From assembly GCF_001194135.2 (NCBI RefSeq), contig NC_068983.1:39589800-39634547 (forward strand): DNA of 44,748 bases. Reading direction: 5' to 3'. Both the position numbers and the translations under genes were made by a program. This DNA is from Octopus bimaculoides (taxonomy: Eukaryota). Below the pieces are notes generated by a model. The model did no database searches, had not been told where the DNA came from, and was given only the letters and a program-made list of their open reading frames with translations. This document shows, in pieces, positions 36,873 through 44,748 of this stretch (positions within the stretch are counted from its first letter, which is position 1; each line of letters begins with the position of its first letter).

Positions 36873-37066
36873 TAATATGTGACGATTATTCGGTAGCCAT
36901 GATAAAACTCCAAGTTTCGGATGCCGGGACGGAAACCCAAACCGCCATCTCTTCAGTTACCTGGCTATCGATGGCCAGATAACTGAAGAGATGGCGGCGT
37001 GGGTTCCCAACTCGGCATCCGAAATTCGGAGTTTTATTATGGCTACCGAATAATTGGCACATATTA
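36873..37066. mobile_element. 194-bp palindrome of two divergent type I hammerhead motifs
   Basis: Near-perfect palindrome centred on ATCGAT (36967-72); HHR on - at 36896-36965 and on + at 36974-37043. Confidence 0.75.
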
Positions 37067-37139
37067 TTTACAGATAAATTCCTCTATTTACATAATATCA
37101 AGGTCTCTTTCTTTCTTTTGTTGTCTTACCTTTTCTATT

Positions 37140-37177
<38 letters not shown>

Positions 37178-37797
37178 AATATATATATATATAGATATAT
37201 ATGAGTGTGTGTGTGTGTGTGTGTGTGAGTGTGTGTGTGTGCTTGTATGCGTATGTGCATGCGCATGTATGTATGTGGAGGGAGAGAGAGAGTGGAGATG
37301 AGTGTGTGTGAATTTTCATAATTCGGGTTACACTTTTTTACATTTTGAATATTGTTTTATTTAATTATAATTTAAAATGATAATTATTATATTTGTTTTG
37401 GAGATTAATGTTCATTACATCAATTTATATAAACACGACGAAACTTGTTAAAAGGTTAATCATAATTATAATTATTATACGTATACCATGGTTTTTTATA
37501 TTACCCATGGTATCAAACGTATTCTTTCAGTATTCCCTGTCATGTGACAAGTAATACTTTAGCATTAAATGATTTTGAACGGTAGTGCCTTCCTCTCTTC
37601 AGTCCCCAATTTCTGAGGGATTCATAAAGGATGGCCGTGTGAGCACTTTTATTCAGGCGGATCCCATTCCTATCAAGGGCTGATCACATCCGATTAATAC
37701 AAATGGAAAGTCTTGAATTAGAAGTTTGCTTGCAAAGCGCCGGCTTAGGGAAGAAAAAAAGAACACCGTATACATGACCCTGTCATTTTCACTCTAA

Positions 37798-37828
<31 letters not shown>

Positions 37829-38168
37829 NNNNNNNNNNNNNNNNNNNNNNNNNNNNNNNNNNNNNNNNNNNNNNNNNNNNNNNNNNNNNNNNNNNNNNNN
37901 NNNNNNNNNNNNNNNNNNNNNNNNNNNNNNNNNNNNNNNNNNNNNNNNNNNNNNNNNNNNNNNNNNNNNNNNNNNNNNNNNNNNNNNNNNNNNNNNNNNN
38001 NNNNNNNNNNNNNNNNNNNNNNNNNNNNNNNNNNNNNNNNNNNNNNNNNNNNNNNNNNNNNNNNNNNNNNNNNNNNNNNNNNNNNNNNNNNNNNNNNNNN
38101 NNNNNNNNNNNNNNNNNNNNNNNNNNNNNNNNNNNNNNNNNNNNNNNNNNNNNNNNNNNNNNNNNNNN

Positions 38169-38889
38169 TCTAGCTTGCTTCTGCTGTTTACAACAGTGAT
38201 TTGAAGGAAGGTGTGTAGCGTGTGATTATCGCATTGACCATGACAGAGGAAGTTGAGCAGAGAATCTGCATCAAATTTTGCCAAAAGCTTGGTGATACCT
38301 GCTCAAAGGCCTACGCAATGTTTCAAAAAGTTTTCATCGTCCTTAACAAAATCAAGGAGATCTTGTGCAACTGAAATCCGAGTGTCTTTTTGGTCAGCTG
38401 AAAGCAGTTTTGGCACAAACTTAGCAGACACGCGTCTCATACCTAAATCTTCAGTGATAATGGACTGAACAGAACCGTAACTAATTTGCATATCCTCTGA
38501 TAACTCACGGTTTCCCCTCACAGCTGCACGCACATCTGCGATGTCTTTCTCAGTTCTGCTGGTTGCAATCGACATCATAGAAACGTCTGTACTACTCATG
38601 CACTTGTGCGTGGTTCATATACTCCTCTCCATACACTTCCTGCAAATTTGCGTAGGCCTTTGAGCAGGTGTCGCCACAACACTTTTCTCTGACATAGTCA
38701 ATGCGACGATCACACGCCACACACCTTCCTTCTAAACACTGCTGTAAACAGGAGAAATGAGGTAGAACGTTAAATCTTAGTGCGCATGCACAGTAGAGTT
38801 CAAAATCAATCTTTGCTAAGCAGCTTTATTTTGCGTGCTTTAGCTTCGTTACTATGTCAACAGCCCAGATACTTATCGATCAGACCTCG
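38169..38889 (-). mobile_element. Mariner-derived element with two inverted 5' portions
   Basis: TIR-like end TA|CGAGGTCTGATCGATAAGTATCTGGGCTG (reverse complement of 38861-38891). Minus-strand ORF ..ISYGSVQSIITEDLGMRRVSAKFVPKLLSADQK... Plus-strand start MTEEVEQRICIKFCQKLGDTCSKAYAMFQK near 38241. Confidence 0.88.
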
Positions 38890-38896
38890 TATGTGA

Positions 38897-39105
38897 AGGC
38901 GGTGAGCTGTCAGAATCTTTAGCACGCTGGGAGAAATGCTTAGCGGTATTTCGCCTGTCACTACGTTCTGAGTTCAAATTCCGCCGAGGTCGACTTTGCC
39001 TTTCATCCTTTCGGAGTCGGTAAAATAAGTACCAGTTGGGCACTGGGGTCGATGTAATCGACTATTCCCCTTCCCCTAAATCTCAAGCCTTATGCTTATA
39101 GTAGA
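38897..39105 (+). mobile_element. SINE family B, near full length, followed by (ATT)n
   Basis: GGCGGTGAGCTGTCAGAATC..core..CTGGGGTCGATGTAATCGACT. Confidence 0.9.
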
Positions 39106-39119
39106 AAGGATTATTATTA

Positions 39120-39175
<56 letters not shown>

Positions 39176-41084
39176 NNNNNNNNNNNNNNNNNNNNNNNNN
39201 NNNNNNNNNNNNNNNNNNNNNNNNNNNNNNNNNNNNNNNNNNNNNNNNNNNNNNNNNNNNNNNNNNNNNNNNNNNNNNNNNNNNGTACCTTCGTAGTCCA
39301 TTAAAATTGGTCGTCTGCCTAATTTAAAATAAAATCAATATTGATAATAAACTTTGACACAAAACCAAACAATGTGAAGGAAAGATTTAGTCCTTTGAAT
39401 TGACCTCACTAATAACTCTAAGAAGACTGTTAAATCATCTTCAACGAGATTCGAATTCGAAGCAGAGAAGAACAAAACAACATGGCAATCTTTAGCCTAG
39501 GTAAAGATATAAAATTTAGGGATAGAGATAAATTTTGTGACACATATTTGAAGTACATCTGTGCATGAGTCTTACATATCTAAAAAGACGACAGGCAAAT
39601 TCATATACAAAAGATTTGCAATCAGAAAATATCAGCACAATCAATCGATACATACTTTTTCGTGCAACATACCTCAGAGTGCATATCATAGCGATTATTT
39701 ATCTCCGACCTAAAGCTACAATACTTTTTTTTTGTATGGATAATCAGGCTATTCAGCGTAAGATGAACCAGAATTTTACCAGTAAGATGAACAAATACCA
39801 TGATGGTTATCAAAAAGTACTTTATTGCCTTTGTTTTTGAAAAATATGTTTGACTGAAGCAACAAACGTATAGAATATGCCTGTTGCCCCATATTTGTGA
39901 AAAATATTTACTATAGCGTTGGACCTCTGGATATATGCCATAGTAATTAGGTACGAAAAATAAACATTATTGGCTTATCAATTATTTACCGTACTTGGTT
40001 TATTACAACATAGACTTCGTTGAACGAAAGTGGATTATTTGTGGCTTTTGTGAAACTGATAAAATGCGGGATTTATTGAAACGATGACACAGAAAGTGTC
40101 TACATATATTCTTTAAACATTATAGATTGAAAATTACTTCTGAAAATATCCATCGTAGTCATTATTTTATGTTTGGACAACTCATTATTTTAGCTGTAAT
40201 GAAGCGAAATGATATAAAAAAAAATGAATCAACGATCTCCATGACATCTGAAATTATCATAAATAATATGGTCGAAACTGACCTATACGATTTCATAAGA
40301 TTTCTGCCACAGAAAATTATTTAATGAAGCGTCAACATATTATAATACTCCACATAAAAGCGGATTAACTGAATATATTAGATATATTTAAAAATACAAG
40401 AACTATGATTTTAAAAAATCACAGAACTGTGAATCATAATTTAGTATAATCTCCCTCCAATATGACAGTCTGCGTTCATATAGCAAAATTTTCTTTTACC
40501 ACAAAACAAGCACTTCCACCCACTATATTATTTAGAAAATTTTCAATAATATTCCACAACACTAAACATTGTTAGTATAGTTAATTCACCACCATTGCAT
40601 GTAAAATAAATAAGCTACATACAATACAACCAGCATTTTCTGTAAATATACAAATACAACTATATATCCCGCGGAGTTAACAGTATGTCCAATATCACTG
40701 TTTACAAATGTTCTCTGATTAATACAGCATAACAGTCCTCTTGCTTCGGGCAAACATAGTTATTAAATTAGTTTAAATTAATTAATGAATCGCAATTATG
40801 TATATGCATCAATTTCTGTATCTATATATAAATTCGAATTTTGCAATAGAAGTAGCTCTATATTAAAATCCTTATCCATGTAACATACTGAAACATACGT
40901 GTATCAAAAACCAGCCGATTCAGTGTTTCGCCCGGTAAAAATCCCTTATAGACATATTGTTATAAAAAAAATACAATGCACTTCAGAACTAAGTAAAACA
41001 AAGATGCCTCGGAAGCGAATACGCGAGTGACAGAAACATATTTCCCTGTTGTTGCGGATTGTTAATATTATGAACTCATGAGGC

Positions 41085-41290
41085 GCCAAGCAGGCAGAAT
41101 AGTTAGCATGCCGGGTAAAATGATCCATATTTCATCCGTCTGTATCTTCTGAATTCAAATTCATTCCAGATCAATTTTGCCTTTCATCCTTTCGGGGTTG
41201 ATAAAATAAGTACCAGCTGAACACTAGAGATCGATGTAATCGACTTACCCCTTTACTCTAGATTGCTGGCCTTGTGTTGAAATTTAAAAC
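41085..41290 (+). mobile_element. SINE family B, degenerate
   Basis: GCAGGCAGAATAGTTAGCATGCCGGG..TTTGCCTTTCATCCTTTCGGGGTTGATAAAATAAGTACCAG. Confidence 0.8.
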
Positions 41291-41727
41291 CAATGCCACG
41301 CACCCGTTTCATTTCGGAAATGAGATCGAAGCTCCCAGTCTAAAGTATATAAATATAGTGTAAAATGAAGACGCTGGTTTACAATGGCGTTGGATCAGCA
41401 GAATAAAATTTGAATTCTGCAACAGAAGCATCTTTATCGCAACGTTTTATTAATATGACATACTTGATGTATGTGTGTCATAAGCCGAAGACTTAGTCAT
41501 GGCAACTGAATAGAATACAATCCGCTCGCCAGCGTAGAGGCAGTCTCGGTCATTTCGTCTCTTCATCCAGCAGAGTATCTATGTTAGGGAAAGAGGAAAA
41601 GCTGTGCCAGCACTAGGATGGAACTAGTAGAAGGAAGGGTAGTGAGATGAAGCATTTTGCTCAAGGACACGAGGCACCGCCGTTTCTAGAAATCCAGCAC
41701 ACAGCTTTACGATCTAATAACTGGGAC

Positions 41728-44580
<2,853 letters not shown>

Positions 44581-44748
44581 CTGACATGATCAATACACGT
44601 CTATGCATCAATGCACTCAGCGAGGGACGTCTCATCATATTCATTATTAGGCTTTTGTGTCCTTCGACAGAATAAAGAGAACAAACCCATTACGGCATTG
44701 ATTTCGCGCGCTCTACGTGCTGAGGTGTAGCAGAATAGTAATAATTGA

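Overview
AT-rich, microsatellite-dense animal genomic DNA with about 17 assembly N-gaps. The SINE families, repeat load and base composition point to an octopod cephalopod (inference, not verified). No intact host protein-coding gene is recognisable, and almost all ORFs in the track are translations of microsatellites or gaps. Identifiable content: decayed transposable elements (two Penelope-like GIY-YIG endonuclease remnants, a CR1-type RT 3' end, two mariner fragments, a TA-flanked MITE), at least three tRNA-derived SINE families in many copies, and a 52-bp minisatellite that appears to be SINE-derived. The most notable signal is a set of small, mutually unrelated foldback insertions whose arms carry type I hammerhead ribozyme (HHR) motifs. 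(1) 4803-5524 is a 350-bp-monomer retrozyme-like insertion with a 12-bp TSD and a visible empty site in the neighbouring repeat unit. (2) 24362-24797 is a tRNA-headed SINE whose 3' body is an HHR-bearing Penelope-like terminus, with an inverted upstream copy and a 10-15-bp TSD. (3) 36873-37066 is a palindrome of two back-to-back HHRs. (4) A U3-A8 variant HHR lies beside a 586-bp foldback at 17.6-18.3 kb. Together they suggest a family of non-autonomous ribozyme elements, including SINE-ribozyme chimeras, mobilised by Penelope-like machinery. All RNA folds were derived by eye; ribozyme activity is untested.
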